Shown: positions 37,254 through 49,006 of the stretch, one piece after another
How positions within the stretch are numbered: the stretch's first letter is position 1
Layout: every line of letters starts with the position of its first letter
Assembly: GCA_049792815.1 (NCBI GenBank)
Contig: JBARBG010000081.1
Location: 8,296 to 72,295, forward strand
Direction: 5' to 3'
Source of the DNA: Steroidobacteraceae bacterium
GTDB taxonomy: Bacteria > Pseudomonadota > Gammaproteobacteria > Steroidobacterales > Steroidobacteraceae
DNA length: 64,000 bases
Translations under genes and position numbers: made by a program
Notes under the pieces: generated by a model
Databases searched by the model: none
Seen by the model: the letters and a program-made list of their open reading frames with translations, nothing else
What the model was told of the DNA's origin: nothing

Positions 37254-37357
37254 ATCTGCCGCGAAGCGCCCGTAAGTATTTGGAAATCCGGCAGTTCGCT
37301 TGCCTCCCCCTGCCAGCTTCGGTATCGTGCCCGTCCCGCGGTTGGAACCGGGGTTGC

Positions 37358-37432
37358 AGGCGCGTAGCTCAGTGGTAGAGCATCACCTTGACATGGTGGT
37401 GGTCGGTGGTTCGATCCCACTCGCGCCTACCA
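37358..37432 (+). tRNA. tRNA-Val (GAC)
   Basis: AGGCGCGTAGCTCAGTGGTAGAGCATCACCTTGACATGGTGG...GGTTCGATCCCACTCGCGCCTACCA. Anticodon loop TTGACAT. Confidence 0.9.
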
Positions 37433-37443
37433 GATTCGAAGCA

Positions 37444-37470
37444 GGGCGCCGGCATTCGGGCGCCCTTTTT
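37444..37470 (+). terminator. Rho-independent terminator after tRNA-Val
   Basis: GGGCGCC (37444-50) / GGCGCCC (37459-65), a 7-bp GC stem with an 8-nt loop, followed by TTTTT. Confidence 0.7.
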
Positions 37471-37489
37471 CTTGGAACGGTTGGAACAT

Positions 37490-39415
37490 ATGCCTGTCGT
37501 GACATTGCCGGATGGCAGTTCGCGCCAGTTCGAGTCGCCGGTGACGGTGGACGAGGTGGCGGCGAGTATTGGAGCAGGGTTGCGCAAGGCCGCCCTGGCG
37601 GGCCGTGTGGACGGCAAACTGGTGGACACCTCCTTCACCATCGATCGCGATGTGACGCTGTCGATCGTCACGGCCAAGGATCCCGCGGGCCTGGAAATGA
37701 TCCGCCACTCCACGGCGCATCTTCTGGCCCAGGCGGTCAAGCAGCTGTTTCCGGAAGCCCAGGTCACCATCGGGCCGGTCATCGAGGATGGCTTCTACTA
37801 CGACTTCGCCTACAAGCGCCCCTTCACCACCGAGGATCTCACCGCCATCGAAGCGCGCATGACGCAGCTGTCGGCCGCCGATGAAAAGGTCACGCGCCGG
37901 GTCATGGACCGTGACGCGGCGGTGGCGTACTTCAAGGGCCTTGGCGAGCATTACAAGGCCGAGATCATCGCCAGCATTCCTGCGGGCGAGAGCATTTCCC
38001 TGTACGGCCAGGGCGACTGGGTGGACCTGTGCCGCGGGCCGCATGTGCCCTCCACGGGCAAGCTCACCGCCTTCAAGCTCACCAAGGTTGCCGGCGCCTA
38101 CTGGCGTGGCGACTCGAAGAACGAGATGCTGCAGCGGATCTACGGCACGGCGTGGGCCGATCGCAAGCAGCTTGACGAGTACCTGAGGCGCATCGAGGAG
38201 GCCGAGAAGCGCGATCACCGGCGCATCGGGCGCGAACTCGACCTGTTTCATATGCAGGAAGAAGGCCCGGGCCTGGTGTTCTGGCACCCCAAGGGCTGGG
38301 CCATCTGGCAGGCCGTCGAGCAGTACATGCGCGGCGTCTACAAGACGTCCGGCTACCAGGAAGTGCGCGCGCCGCAGGTGCTCGATGTCTCGCTGTGGAA
38401 GAAATCCGGGCACTGGGACAACTACCAGGACAACATGTTCTTCACCGAGTCCGAGAAGCGCACCTACGCTTTGAAGCCGATGAACTGCCCGGGCCATGTG
38501 CAGATCTACAATCATGGCCTGCACAGCTACCGCGATCTGCCGCTGCGCTATGGCGAATTCGGCGCCTGTCATCGCAACGAGCCCTCGGGCGGCCTGCACG
38601 GAATCCTGCGGGTGCGGGGCTTCACCCAGGATGACGGACACATCATCTGCACCGAGGATCAGATCGAGTCCGAGATCACCGCCTTTCACCGCCAGGCCCT
38701 CGCGGTCTACGACGATTTCGGCTTCAAGGACCTGCAGATCAAGATCGCGCTGCGGCCGGACAAGCGCATCGGCTCAGACGCGCAGTGGGACATGACCGAA
38801 GGCATGATGCGCAATGCGCTCAGGGCCGCGGGGGTCGAGTGGGAAGAGCTGCCCGGCGAGGGCGCCTTTTACGCGCCTAAGATCGAATACCACTTCAAGG
38901 ACGCGATTGGCCGGACCTGGCAGCTGGGGACCATCCAGACCGACTTCATGATGCCCGAGCGCCTTGGCGCCGAATACGTGGGGGCGGATTCGGCCCGCCA
39001 TGTGCCGTGCATGCTGCACCGGGCCATCGTCGGATCCATGGAGCGCTTCATCGGAATCCTGCTGGAACATCATGCCGGGAAGCTCCCGGCCTGGCTGGCC
39101 CCGGAGCAGGTGGCGGTGCTGAATATCACCGAGCGCCAGGCGAATTATGTCACGCAGGTCGCGGAATCTCTTAGAAAACATGGAGTTCGCGCCATCACCG
39201 ACTTGCGAAACGAGAAGATCGGCCTTAAGATCCGCGAGCACACGCTCCAGCGTGTCCCATACTTGATTGTTGTTGGCGATAAAGAAGTCGCCGCAAACCA
39301 GCTTGCAGTGCGCTCACGTGGCGGCAAGGATCTGGGTGCGATGTCTGTGGAGACGTTCCTTGAACGCCTGCAGGTCGAACTCAGCAGCCACGGGCGCCGA
39401 ACTTTGGAGGATTGA
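37490..39415 (+). CDS. thrS: Threonine--tRNA ligase
   Basis: 641 aa from [14 protein letters not shown] (TGS domain), with class II motifs. The track ORF 37388 start is a false extension across the tRNA. Confidence 0.95.
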   Translation: MPVVTLPDGSSRQFESPVTVDEVAASIGAGLRKAALAGRVDGKLVDTSFTIDRDVTLSIVTAKDPAGLEMIRHSTAHLLAQAVKQLFPEAQVTIGPVIEDGFYYDFAYKRPFTTEDLTAIEARMTQLSAADEKVTRRVMDRDAAVAYFKGLGEHYKAEIIASIPAGESISLYGQGDWVDLCRGPHVPSTGKLTAFKLTKVAGAYWRGDSKNEMLQRIYGTAWADRKQLDEYLRRIEEAEKRDHRRIGRELDLFHMQEEGPGLVFWHPKGWAIWQAVEQYMRGVYKTSGYQEVRAPQVLDVSLWKKSGHWDNYQDNMFFTESEKRTYALKPMNCPGHVQIYNHGLHSYRDLPLRYGEFGACHRNEPSGGLHGILRVRGFTQDDGHIICTEDQIESEITAFHRQALAVYDDFGFKDLQIKIALRPDKRIGSDAQWDMTEGMMRNALRAAGVEWEELPGEGAFYAPKIEYHFKDAIGRTWQLGTIQTDFMMPERLGAEYVGADSARHVPCMLHRAIVGSMERFIGILLEHHAGKLPAWLAPEQVAVLNITERQANYVTQVAESLRKHGVRAITDLRNEKIGLKIREHTLQRVPYLIVVGDKEVAANQLAVRSRGGKDLGAMSVETFLERLQVELSSHGRRTLED

Positions 39416-39424
39416 CGCATCGCT

Positions 39425-39940
39425 ATTGCATCCAAGCGCGTCCGGCGCAACGACGAGATCACTTCGCCCAGTTTGCGGGTGATCGCAGCGGATGGTTCCC
39501 AGGCAGGAGTAATGACCCGCTTTGAGGCCCTGGCGATGGCCACGGCCGCGGAATTGGACCTCGTAGAGGTCTCCCCGACGGCGGAGCCGCCGGTCGTGCG
39601 CATCATGGACTACGGGAAATTCCTGTTCGAGGCGAACAAGAAGGCCCATTCGGCGAAGCGCAAGCAGAAGCAGATTCAGGTCAAGGAAGTGAAATTCCGG
39701 CCTGGAACGGAAGAGGCGGACTACCAGGTCAAGCTGCGTAATCTGACCCGCTTCCTGACAGAAGGTGATAAGGCCAAGGTGACCTTGAGGTTCCGCGGCC
39801 GTGAAATGGTGCACCAGGATATCGGGCGCAAGCTCCTGGCCCGGGTTTCAGCAGATCTTGCCCAACTGGGCATGATCGAGCAGAACCCGATGATGGAGGG
39901 AAAGCAGATGATCATGGTATTTGCACCGAAAAAGAAGTAA
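39425..39940 (+). CDS. infC: Translation initiation factor IF-3, probable AUU start
   Basis: In-frame ATT at 39425 gives [30 protein letters not shown]..., matching the conserved IF3 N-terminus. The track ORF begins only at internal Met 39473. Confidence 0.85.
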   Translation: MASKRVRRNDEITSPSLRVIAADGSQAGVMTRFEALAMATAAELDLVEVSPTAEPPVVRIMDYGKFLFEANKKAHSAKRKQKQIQVKEVKFRPGTEEADYQVKLRNLTRFLTEGDKAKVTLRFRGREMVHQDIGRKLLARVSADLAQLGMIEQNPMMEGKQMIMVFAPKKK

Positions 39941-40050
39941 CGCCACGAAGCGTCACGGACCTCAGGGGTCCGGCGCCCGTGTCGTTCGCCCGCCAGTGGG
40001 TGCTTGCCAAGGCACCTTGCGAACGGGGCTACAAATAGGAGTGTTAGAAC

Positions 40051-40251
40051 ATGCCCAAGTTGAAAACCAACCGGGCTGCGGCCAAGCGTATTCGCAAGAC
40101 TGCGAAGGGCTACAAGGCGTATTCCGCCGGCCGCCGCCATAACCTCGGTCATAAGGACCGCAAGCGCAAGCGCCACCTGCGTTCAGGTGGCAGCAGTCTC
40201 GTGCACGAGAGTGATGTCGGCCGTCTGCCGGCGCTGCTCCCGAATCACTAG
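40051..40251 (+). CDS. rpmI: 50S ribosomal protein L35
   Basis: MPKLKTNRAAAKRIRKTAKG... Confidence 0.95.
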   Translation: MPKLKTNRAAAKRIRKTAKGYKAYSAGRRHNLGHKDRKRKRHLRSGGSSLVHESDVGRLPALLPNH

Positions 40252-40275
40252 TCGTTTCGCTTTCGGAGATATTCC

Positions 40276-40641
40276 ATGGCACGAGTCAAGCGTGGTGTGA
40301 CGGCGCGAGCCCGCCACAATAAAGTTCTGGGAAAGGCGAAGGGCTATTACAACGCCCGGCGCAAGATCTACCGCGCCGCCAAGCAGGCGGTGATCAAGGC
40401 CGGTCAGTACGCCTATCGCGACCGGCGCACCAAGAAGCGCGAGTTCCGCGCCCTGTGGATCGCGCGCATCAATGCCGCGGCCCGCATTTACGGCTTAAGC
40501 TACAGCCGCATGATCGACGGCCTGAACCGGGCCGGCGTCGAAATCGACCGCAAGATGCTGGCGGATCTCGCCGTGCACGATACGGACGCTTTTGGCGCGA
40601 TCGCACAGCAGGCGAAGACGGCACTCGGTATCGCGGCCTGA
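40276..40641 (+). CDS. rplT: 50S ribosomal protein L20
   Basis: [30 protein letters not shown]... Confidence 0.95.
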   Translation: MARVKRGVTARARHNKVLGKAKGYYNARRKIYRAAKQAVIKAGQYAYRDRRTKKREFRALWIARINAAARIYGLSYSRMIDGLNRAGVEIDRKMLADLAVHDTDAFGAIAQQAKTALGIAA

Positions 40642-41673
<1,032 letters not shown>

Positions 41674-41682
41674 CCGAATCCA

Positions 41683-44061
41683 ATGAAAGTCCCGATTTCC
41701 TGGTTGAATGAATGGGTGCAGGTGCCGTGGCCGGCGGCAGAGCTGGGCGCGCGCCTGACCATGGCGGGCTTCGAGCTGGAGGCCGTGGAACCGGCGGCAC
41801 CGGCCTTCAGTGGCGTGGTGGTGGCGCAGATCATTGAGGCGGTTCAGCATCCGCAGGCCGACAAGCTGCGCGTTTGCCAGGTCACGACCGGCGCAGGTTT
41901 GCCGCTGCAGATTGTCTGCGGCGCTCCCAATGCGCGTGCCGGACTGCGCACCGCCCTGGCCACCGTCGGCGCGCAACTGCCCGACGGCATGAAGATCGGC
42001 GCCGCGAAGCTGCGTGGCGTGGAGTCGCGCGGCATGCTGTGCTCGGCCAAGGAACTGGGTCTTGCCGATGCCACGGCCGGCATTCTCGAATTGGCAGGGG
42101 ATGCGCCGCTGGGCCACTCGCTGCGCGACTACCTGGGCCTGGATGACATCACCCTTGAAGTGAATGTGACGGCAAATCGCGGCGATGCCATGTCGGTGAT
42201 CGGCGTGGCACGCGAAGTCGCGGCGCTCACCGGTGCCGGCCTGCGCCTCGCTGTGGCCGCGCAGCTGCGCGCCACGCTCAACGATCGGCACACGGTGCGC
42301 CTCGAGGCAGCTTCGGGCTGTCCGAAGTTCGTCGGCCGCGTCATCCGCGGCATCGACAATACCCGCACCACGCCGCTGTGGCTGCGCGAGCGTCTGCGGC
42401 GCGCCGGCGTGCGGGCCATCAGTCCGGCGGTCGACGTGACCAACTACGTGCTGCTCGACCTCGGGCAGCCCATGCATGCCTACGATCTGGGCAAGGTGTC
42501 CGGCGACATCGTGGTACGCATGGCCCGGCAGGATGAAAAGACCACACTGCTGGATGGCCGTGAGATCAGTCTCGATGCCGACATGCTGGTCATTGCCGAT
42601 GCAGTCGGCGCAGTGGGCGTGGCCGGCATCATGGGCGGTGAGCGCACGGCGGTCAGCGCCGGCACCCGCGATCTGTTTCTGGAGGTCGCCTGGTTTGCGC
42701 CGCAGGCGGTCGCCGGCCGCGCGCGCCGTCTCGGACTGCACACCGACGCCAGTCAGCGCTTCGAGCGCGGCGTTGATCCGTCGGGACAGGTTCGCGCCAT
42801 CGAGCGCGCCACGCAGCTGCTGCTGGCGATTGCCGGCGGCGCGGCAGGTCCGGTGGTCACCGAAGAGGTGGCCGGACTACCGAAGCGCGCGCCCGTGAGT
42901 CTACGCAGGGAGCGCCTGACGCGTCTCCTGGGTGTGGCGGTGCCGGATGCACAGGTGAGTGCGATTTTCCAAAACCTGCAGATGCAGGTGACGGCAACCG
43001 CGGCGGGCTGGTCCGTGCTGCCGCCGGCGCACCGCTTCGATATCGCCATCGAAGAGGACCTGGTGGAAGAGGTCGCGCGCATCATGGGCTTTGCGGCAAT
43101 TCCCGAGCGCCCCGCGCTGCTGCCGCAGAATTTCCTGCCGCTCCCTGAGGCCATGGCGCCGGAGCGCGTCATGCTCGAGGCCCTCGTGGCCCGCGGCTAT
43201 CACGAGACCATCAGCTTTGCCTTTGTGGATCCGGCGCTGCAGACGCTGCTGTTCCCGGATACCCAAACACTGGTCCTGGCCAATGCCATCGCCTCGGATC
43301 TGTCGGTGATGCGCGTATCCTTGTGGCCCGGACTGGTGCGCGCTGCGCTTGAGAATCAGCGCCGGCAGCAGGATCGCATCCGCCTCTTCGGCCATGGCGC
43401 CCGTTTTGTCGTCCAGGACCGACAGGTCACCGAAGAGGACTCGCTGGCAGGCATTGCGCTGGGTAAGCGCCTGCCCGAGCAGTGGGGCAGCAGCGAGTCA
43501 CGCGCAAGCGTGGATTATTTCGACGTCAAGGCCGACCTGCAATCGCTGCTGGCGGCCACGGGCGCGGCGGGCGAGTTCAGTTTCGAGGCGGCGAGCCGCT
43601 CCTGCCTGCACCCGGGGCGCACCGCCCGCGTGCAGCGCGCCGGCAGACCCGTGGGTTGGCTCGGGGAACTGCATCCACGCCTGGTGCGCGAACTCGGATT
43701 TAACCATGCGCCGGTCCTGTTCGAGGTCGACGTTGTTGCATTGCGGGTGAATTTGCCACAGGGGCGCGAGATTTCGCGCTTCCCGCAGGTGCGTCGGGAC
43801 CTGGCCGTGGTCCTGCCTGAGAAAGTCACTTTCAGTGCCTTGCGCGAGCGTGTAATCTTGTCCGCCACAAGCTCCCTGCGAAATCTGCGTATATTTGACG
43901 TATACCGCGGTGCAGGCATAGAAAAAGGGCGAAAAAGCGTTGCTTTGGGCTTGATTTTCCAAGATATTTCTCGCACGCTAACCGATGACGAAGTAGACCG
44001 CGCAGTGGCGGCCGTGGTGGCTGATCTGCGTGAGAACCTGGATGCGAGAATACGAGAATAA
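41683..44061 (+). CDS. pheT: Phenylalanine--tRNA ligase beta subunit
   Basis: 792 aa starting [12 protein letters not shown]..., with B3/4, B5 and FDX-ACB domains. Confidence 0.95.
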   Translation: MKVPISWLNEWVQVPWPAAELGARLTMAGFELEAVEPAAPAFSGVVVAQIIEAVQHPQADKLRVCQVTTGAGLPLQIVCGAPNARAGLRTALATVGAQLPDGMKIGAAKLRGVESRGMLCSAKELGLADATAGILELAGDAPLGHSLRDYLGLDDITLEVNVTANRGDAMSVIGVAREVAALTGAGLRLAVAAQLRATLNDRHTVRLEAASGCPKFVGRVIRGIDNTRTTPLWLRERLRRAGVRAISPAVDVTNYVLLDLGQPMHAYDLGKVSGDIVVRMARQDEKTTLLDGREISLDADMLVIADAVGAVGVAGIMGGERTAVSAGTRDLFLEVAWFAPQAVAGRARRLGLHTDASQRFERGVDPSGQVRAIERATQLLLAIAGGAAGPVVTEEVAGLPKRAPVSLRRERLTRLLGVAVPDAQVSAIFQNLQMQVTATAAGWSVLPPAHRFDIAIEEDLVEEVARIMGFAAIPERPALLPQNFLPLPEAMAPERVMLEALVARGYHETISFAFVDPALQTLLFPDTQTLVLANAIASDLSVMRVSLWPGLVRAALENQRRQQDRIRLFGHGARFVVQDRQVTEEDSLAGIALGKRLPEQWGSSESRASVDYFDVKADLQSLLAATGAAGEFSFEAASRSCLHPGRTARVQRAGRPVGWLGELHPRLVRELGFNHAPVLFEVDVVALRVNLPQGREISRFPQVRRDLAVVLPEKVTFSALRERVILSATSSLRNLRIFDVYRGAGIEKGRKSVALGLIFQDISRTLTDDEVDRAVAAVVADLRENLDARIRE

Positions 44062-44065
44062 GCCT

Positions 44066-44368
44066 ATGACGGCGCTCACGAAGGCTGAGATGGCGGAAGC
44101 GCTCTTCAATCAGTTGGGTCTCAACAAGCGCGAGGCGCGCGAGCTGGTGGACCTGTTTTTTGAAGAGGTGCGAGCGGCACTCTCTAAAGGTGAACAGGTA
44201 AAGTTATCCGGATTCGGAAACTTTGACCTCCGGGACAAGAATCAGCGCCCGGGGCGCAATCCGAAAACGGGCGAAGAGATTCCGATTACGGCACGACGTG
44301 TCGTAACCTTCCGTCCTGGGCAGAAACTGAAGGCACGGGTCGAAGCTTATGTTGGAGCCAAAGAATAA
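44066..44368 (+). CDS. ihfA: Integration host factor alpha subunit
   Basis: 100 aa from [51 protein letters not shown]. Confidence 0.9.
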   Translation: MTALTKAEMAEALFNQLGLNKREARELVDLFFEEVRAALSKGEQVKLSGFGNFDLRDKNQRPGRNPKTGEEIPITARRVVTFRPGQKLKARVEAYVGAKE

Positions 44369-44705
44369 CGACACGCTGCCGCCGATTCCCGGCAAGCGTT
44401 ACTTCACTATCGGCGAGGTCAGTGACCTTTGCGGAGTGAAGCCGCATGTGTTGCGCTATTGGGAGCAGGAGTTCCCGCAGCTCAAGCCCGTCAAGCGTCG
44501 TGGCAACCGCCGCTACTATCAGCGCCAGGACGTGATCGTGATCCGCCAGATCCGCAGTCTGCTGTATGAGCAGGGCTTCACCATCGGTGGGGCGCGCAAC
44601 AAGCTCACGGGCGAAGAGGCTCGCACGGATGTGAGCCAGAGTCAGCAGATCGTCCGCCAGCTTCGCCTGGAGCTCGAGGAAGTACTCAAGCTGCTGCGCC
44701 GCTAG
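44349..44705 (+). CDS. MerR-family transcriptional regulator (the conserved one downstream of ihfA)
   Basis: 118 aa with [25 protein letters not shown] (HTH). Confidence 0.8.
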   Translation: MLEPKNNDTLPPIPGKRYFTIGEVSDLCGVKPHVLRYWEQEFPQLKPVKRRGNRRYYQRQDVIVIRQIRSLLYEQGFTIGGARNKLTGEEARTDVSQSQQIVRQLRLELEEVLKLLRR

Positions 44706-44730
44706 CGGCGAGCCGCTATAATTTGCCGTT

Positions 44731-44807
44731 CGGAACGTGGCGCAGTCTGGTAGCGCACTTGCATGGGGTGCAAGGGGTCGAGAGTTCAAATCTCTCCGTT
44801 CCGACCA
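44731..44807 (+). tRNA. tRNA-Pro (GGG)
   Basis: CGGAACGTGGCGCAGTCTGGTAGCGCACTTGCATGGGGTGCAAGGGGTCGAGAGTTCAAATCTCTCCGTTCCGACCA. Anticodon loop ATGGGGT. A perfect TATAAT lies at 44717-44722. Confidence 0.9.
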
Positions 44808-44836
44808 ATGACTTACGAGCGGTGCGAAAAGTGCCG

Positions 44837-44857
44837 GTGGTCCCACCAGTGGTCCCA
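44837..44857 (+). repeat. Arm-type direct repeats GTGGTCCCA x2 (attL side)
   Basis: GTGGTCCCA at 44837-45 and 44849-57. The same tandem pair occurs at 59242-61. Confidence 0.6.
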
Positions 44858-45127
44858 TTTACCACGTGCCGACCCTGCGCCTTTTGGCGCCGGGTCCCTC
44901 CACGGCCTGCCCATCGGACGGACCGGGTGTAGTCGGATGTCCCACGAGCCAACTGGAGCCGTCGGGTCCGGGACTGTGGTGTCAGACACGACGCGCAAGC
45001 CACTCCCCCTTGCGAGTCTGAAGCAGAGATCCGGACTGGATCTACGGCAAACAACCGAGCGAGGACACCGGCCTTGGCCCAGCCGCTGATGGCTGACGGA
45101 TCGGCCAGAGTAAACGGCGCAGCGTCT

Positions 45128-46339
45128 TCAGCGGTTCGGATTGAGGTCTCGAAATGAATCGAGTGATTCGAGCATGAGGACGCTCGGTGCGTCGGTCTTG
45201 CCCCTCAGGTCATCCGGCGTGAGGCTCCAGAAATGGGTAAGCCACCCGCTTGCCGTTGCGCGCGAGCGACGCAGAAATTCTGCATATTCTTTGGCAGTGC
45301 AGTACAGCGGAAACGTTTCCTCGACCACTATCGGCTTGCCGATTCTGTAGTGTGTAAGGGCTTCCAGTGCGAGGTCTATCCGCCCTGTTGCGGGGTACAT
45401 GTGAACCGCAAGGAAGTCTACCTCCGGCGCAATGGCGGCTGGCGCAATCGGCATGTTCTCAGGCGCGACGCCGTCGAGCCAGATCATGCCGAGGGTGATC
45501 GCGTGGCGCCTATCATGCTTATGAATGGCATCCGTCAACTGCCGCAACCATGCACGCGCGACAGCAGTCGCGGTACGGCCAGCCAGATCGAGGGTGATGT
45601 ACTCGACGTAGCGTAGGCCGTTCAGCTCCAAGGGATGCGTCCATTGACCGGTCGATCTGTGCTCCGTCGAAACGAGCGGCTCGTTCATTAGGTTGTAGGC
45701 AAAAACGCCGCGGTGGCTTGCGCCAACACTCGCGATTGCTTCCCAGAATTCGCTTTGTACACCCCAGCGATCTCGTTCAGAGAGATTGTTGTACCACTGA
45801 GGCACGTCGCGCGCTCGAAACGTCCCCAGACCGGTGATGTCCAGGTACATGTCCAGCGATTCGGCGAGATCGATCAGGCTCTCGAGCCGACCTAGGGCCA
45901 TTCGGTTCGGTTTGCCGGGTGCATCCATGAATTTCGCGAATTGCAGATTTACTCGTACGACGTTCGCTCCGAGGAGTCTCATTTCACGGAAGTCGCGTTC
46001 GATTTTCGCCCAGCCTTCCGATCCTGGGTCGTTCCAATAGTCCTCGATAAGCCGGAACCGTTGGTCGCGCGAATAGTTGAATCCCCATGGGATGAAAGCC
46101 CTGCCAGTAGAGGAAAGCACGAAACCCGTGTTGCTGTTGTTTACAGTGACCCAGGATGGCGGGGCAGCGCGCGTCACTGGCACACCAATGAGGTATACAA
46201 GAAAAGCAGCGGCACCGAGCCGAGACAGCGAATTGGCTAAGAATCCGACCATTGCAGATCCGGCGCCTCCAAGCAGCCTTGTGGCATGACTCCCCCGAGT
46301 GAGCAAATCGAATATGCTTGGCAATGTTGACAGGCGCAA
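45128..46339 (-). CDS. Glycoside hydrolase family 5-like (cellulase/mannanase fold), membrane-anchored or secreted
   Basis: 403 aa with a hydrophobic N-terminus, LMNEP (acid/base Glu) and PIVVEETF (nucleophile Glu) motifs. The start is uncertain (alternative Met at 46255). Confidence 0.65.
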   Translation of the reverse strand: MRLSTLPSIFDLLTRGSHATRLLGGAGSAMVGFLANSLSRLGAAAFLVYLIGVPVTRAAPPSWVTVNNSNTGFVLSSTGRAFIPWGFNYSRDQRFRLIEDYWNDPGSEGWAKIERDFREMRLLGANVVRVNLQFAKFMDAPGKPNRMALGRLESLIDLAESLDMYLDITGLGTFRARDVPQWYNNLSERDRWGVQSEFWEAIASVGASHRGVFAYNLMNEPLVSTEHRSTGQWTHPLELNGLRYVEYITLDLAGRTATAVARAWLRQLTDAIHKHDRRHAITLGMIWLDGVAPENMPIAPAAIAPEVDFLAVHMYPATGRIDLALEALTHYRIGKPIVVEETFPLYCTAKEYAEFLRRSRATASGWLTHFWSLTPDDLRGKTDAPSVLMLESLDSFRDLNPNR

Positions 46340-46377
46340 GCCACCGATTAGTCAGGGGCTAACGTTGCGCTACCTAA

Positions 46378-46782
46378 CCACCGCTCGACGTCCGAACGCA
46401 ACCACCCGCGGCCGCCTCCGGCGCGCTGCGCAACGGGGCGCCGTTCAAGGACTGGAACCTGCCCGCCTCGATGACGCGGCTGCGTGAGCGCCTGGCCAAG
46501 CACCCGGACGGGGACCGACAGTTCGTCGACATCCTGTCGATGGTCGCGCTCTACGGGCTCGAAGCCGTCAGCGACGCTTGCGCCGTGGCACTCGAGGAAC
46601 AGGTCGTCAGCAGCACCCACGTCGTGAACCTGCTGCACCGGGCGGCCGCCGCGCCGCGGTTGCCGGCACTGCAGGTGCCGCAGGCCCTGAAGCTCGCCGT
46701 AGAACCTGCCGCCAACTGCGACCGCTACAACCAGCTACTGCGAATCCGGCCCACGAACTTAGCCCCTGTTGATCCACCGTAG
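46378..46782 (+). pseudogene. istA: istA transposase, C-terminal fragment only
   Basis: ...GAPFKDWNLPASMTRLRERLAKHPDGDRQFVDILSMVALYGLEAVSDACAVALEE... with no N-terminal HTH or DDE part. A stop lies upstream at 46375. Confidence 0.65.
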
Positions 46783-46792
46783 GAGATGACCG

Positions 46793-47518
46793 ATGAAAGA
46801 CGAACTGATCGAACTGCTCAAGTCGCTGCGCTTGCGCGGCATGGCCTCTGCGCTTGAGGACAGCATGACGGCGCTGAGCCAAAAGAAGCTGGCGCCGACG
46901 AGTTGGCTGCAGCAGCTGCTGCACGCCGAGATCGCCGATCGCCAGGCGCGCTCTTACCAATACCAGCTGCGGCTCGCCAGCTTCCCCATGCCCAGGGATC
47001 TTGATAGCTTCGACTTCAAGGACTCCGCGGTCAACGAAACGCAGATCCGCCAGCTCCACACCGGGGAATACCTGGCGACGGCGCGCAACATCGTCTTGGT
47101 GGGTGGCACCGGCACCGGCAAGACACATCTGGCCATTGCGCTCGCCCGCGAGGTCGTGCTGAAGGGGATGCGCGCGCGGTTCTACGGCGTCGTGGACCTC
47201 GTCAACCAGCTCGATGCCGAGAAGCGTGCCGGCCGCGCCGGGCGTCTAGCCAGCCGGCTGCTCAACCAGAACGCGATCGTGCTCGACGAACTCGGCTACC
47301 TGCCGTTCGCCCAGGACGGCGGTGCGCTGCTGTTCCACCTGATCAGCAAGCTTTATGAACGCGTCTCACTGATCGTTACCACCAACCTCACATTCGGGGA
47401 GTGGAGCAACGTGTTCGGCGACGCCAAGATGACGACGGCGCTGCTCGACCGGCTCACCCACCGCTGCGACATCATCGAGACGGGCAACGACAGCTATCGG
47501 TTCAAGAACCGGAAATGA
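46793..47518 (+). CDS. istB: IS21 helper ATPase IstB
   Basis: 241 aa with [14 protein letters not shown] (Walker A), VLDELGY (Walker B) and LLDRLTHRC. Confidence 0.9.
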   Translation: MKDELIELLKSLRLRGMASALEDSMTALSQKKLAPTSWLQQLLHAEIADRQARSYQYQLRLASFPMPRDLDSFDFKDSAVNETQIRQLHTGEYLATARNIVLVGGTGTGKTHLAIALAREVVLKGMRARFYGVVDLVNQLDAEKRAGRAGRLASRLLNQNAIVLDELGYLPFAQDGGALLFHLISKLYERVSLIVTTNLTFGEWSNVFGDAKMTTALLDRLTHRCDIIETGNDSYRFKNRK

Positions 47519-47814
47519 TCAAAGACCGTAGGAGCTTCTGCCGCTGACGCGGCAGCCTGCAGGCCTGGTCAGATTATCAACAAAAGCCCGGATCAGACCC
47601 CGGAAACCGACCCTACTGCCTGGTCAATCTTGGACGCCGGTCGCTGGTCAATGTTCGACGCCCGTTGACAGGTGGTCGGCCAACACCGATGGGCCATATC
47701 CGGTAAAAGTCGCGGTCGTCGAGAGATCGCAACTTTCAATGATTGCTCCAGCCTGCTGCCCTTGATAGGTTGACCGGTATTGGTCCCGTTCAAACCGTGA
47801 GCGAACACAAATCT

Positions 47815-48315
47815 ATGTCGTCGTACCTACGTCGTCTGCGTTCCAAGATCGGTCACGATTTGGTGTTACTACCCTGCTTCGCTGCAGTAATCAAAGATGT
47901 TGCGGGTCGTATCCTGCTTCAGGAGAAATCTTCAGGAGAAATCTTCAGGAGAACCCCCGCAGGAGAAGGGTGGAGCTTGCCTGCGGGTGCCATCGAACCT
48001 GGTGAAACTCCGGAGGAGGCAATCTGCCGCGAGGTCCGTGAAGAGACTGGCATTCTCGTGGAACCGCGGGAAGTTATCGGCGTGTATGGTGGGAGCCACT
48101 TTCGTAATATTTATCCAAACGGGGACCAAGTTGAATACACCGCAGTTCTCTATTCCTGCGTGCCAATAGGGAAGTCATTGGAGCCGCTGGATCCCGAAAC
48201 CAAATCGCTTCGATACTTCGGGGAGGACGAAATGCCCAAGCTGGCGCTTCCCTATCCTTCGTCGGCCTTTTTTCCTGCCAAACGGTCGGATCAGCCGCTT
48301 TCTGATGCCCGGTAG
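47815..48315 (+). CDS. NUDIX hydrolase
   Basis: 166 aa from MSSYLRRLRSKIGH, with Nudix box GAIEPGETPEEAICREVREETG. Contains a 13-nt tandem repeat at 47917-47953. Confidence 0.8.
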   Translation: MSSYLRRLRSKIGHDLVLLPCFAAVIKDVAGRILLQEKSSGEIFRRTPAGEGWSLPAGAIEPGETPEEAICREVREETGILVEPREVIGVYGGSHFRNIYPNGDQVEYTAVLYSCVPIGKSLEPLDPETKSLRYFGEDEMPKLALPYPSSAFFPAKRSDQPLSDAR

Positions 48316-48365
48316 CTGACGGTTATGAGTGTCAGCTTCGGGTACAAGAGCGCCAAGCCGCGCGA

Positions 48366-48782
48366 CTACGAGAAGGGATTTAGTATCGCTACCCCAGTCG
48401 GCTGGTAGTGAGCCGCATTTCGGGTCACCACGGCCAGATTGTAGATCAGCGCAGTCGCTGCGATTTGCTTGTCCAAGGGGTTCTCAGGATGAGGCACCCG
48501 CAGCCTTCCCCAAATCTGGGCAGTCTCCTGATCGAACGGCAGGATGGCATCTCCATAATCTATGGTTAGGCGATCAAGCCAGCGCTCAAGACGAGCCGAC
48601 TGAGCAGAATCGCCACGGTGCCGGATGATTTCGACGCCTTGCCGAAGCTCGCCAATCGTGATGGCGGATAAGAAAAGGGCAATGTTGTTCCGACTGGCAT
48701 TGTCAAAGAACTCCCGCACACCAATATTGGCTTTGACGCCCTTGCGCGCCTCGCTGATCACATCGGTATCCACCAGATACAC
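48366..48782 (-). CDS. vapC: Type II toxin VapC/FitB (PIN domain)
   Basis: 138 aa with MYLVDTDVISE..., and acidic PIN residues. Confidence 0.85.
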   Translation of the reverse strand: MYLVDTDVISEARKGVKANIGVREFFDNASRNNIALFLSAITIGELRQGVEIIRHRGDSAQSARLERWLDRLTIDYGDAILPFDQETAQIWGRLRVPHPENPLDKQIAATALIYNLAVVTRNAAHYQPTGVAILNPFS

Positions 48783-48784
48783 AA

Positions 48785-49006
48785 TCAGCCTCGGCTATCG
48801 ATCTGCACTCTGGCAAAGTCTTTGTCGTTGCCAACATCAGGCATGGCAGCGAGGACATCAGCCAGGGCCCGTCGCCGGGGGCCCCGAAGTGCAGACTGAA
48901 GAATCTCCCGATGCTCCTGTTCGGCACTCCGGTTGTGTTTCGCTGCGCGCTGCTTCAGCGCTTTAACCAACTCGTCCGTCAGCTTGCGAACCATGAGCTG
49001 GGCCAT
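48785..49006 (-). CDS. vapB: Type II antitoxin (FitA/VapB, RHH-like)
   Basis: 73 aa from MAQLMVRKLTDELVKALKQRAAKHNRSAEQEHREIL, with AGGAG upstream. Lies 2 nt from vapC. Confidence 0.7.
   Translation of the reverse strand: MAQLMVRKLTDELVKALKQRAAKHNRSAEQEHREILQSALRGPRRRALADVLAAMPDVGNDKDFARVQIDSRG

Larger units (their letters stand above)
46378..47670 (+). mobile_element. 5'-truncated IS21-family element (istA 3' remnant, intact istB, right terminal repeats)
   Basis: The IstA C-terminal frame is open only from 46378. Sub-terminal direct repeats CTGGTCAAT(C/G)TT(G/C)GACGCC at 47620-38 and 47644-62, with the end ...GTTGACA at 47670. Confidence 0.75.
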
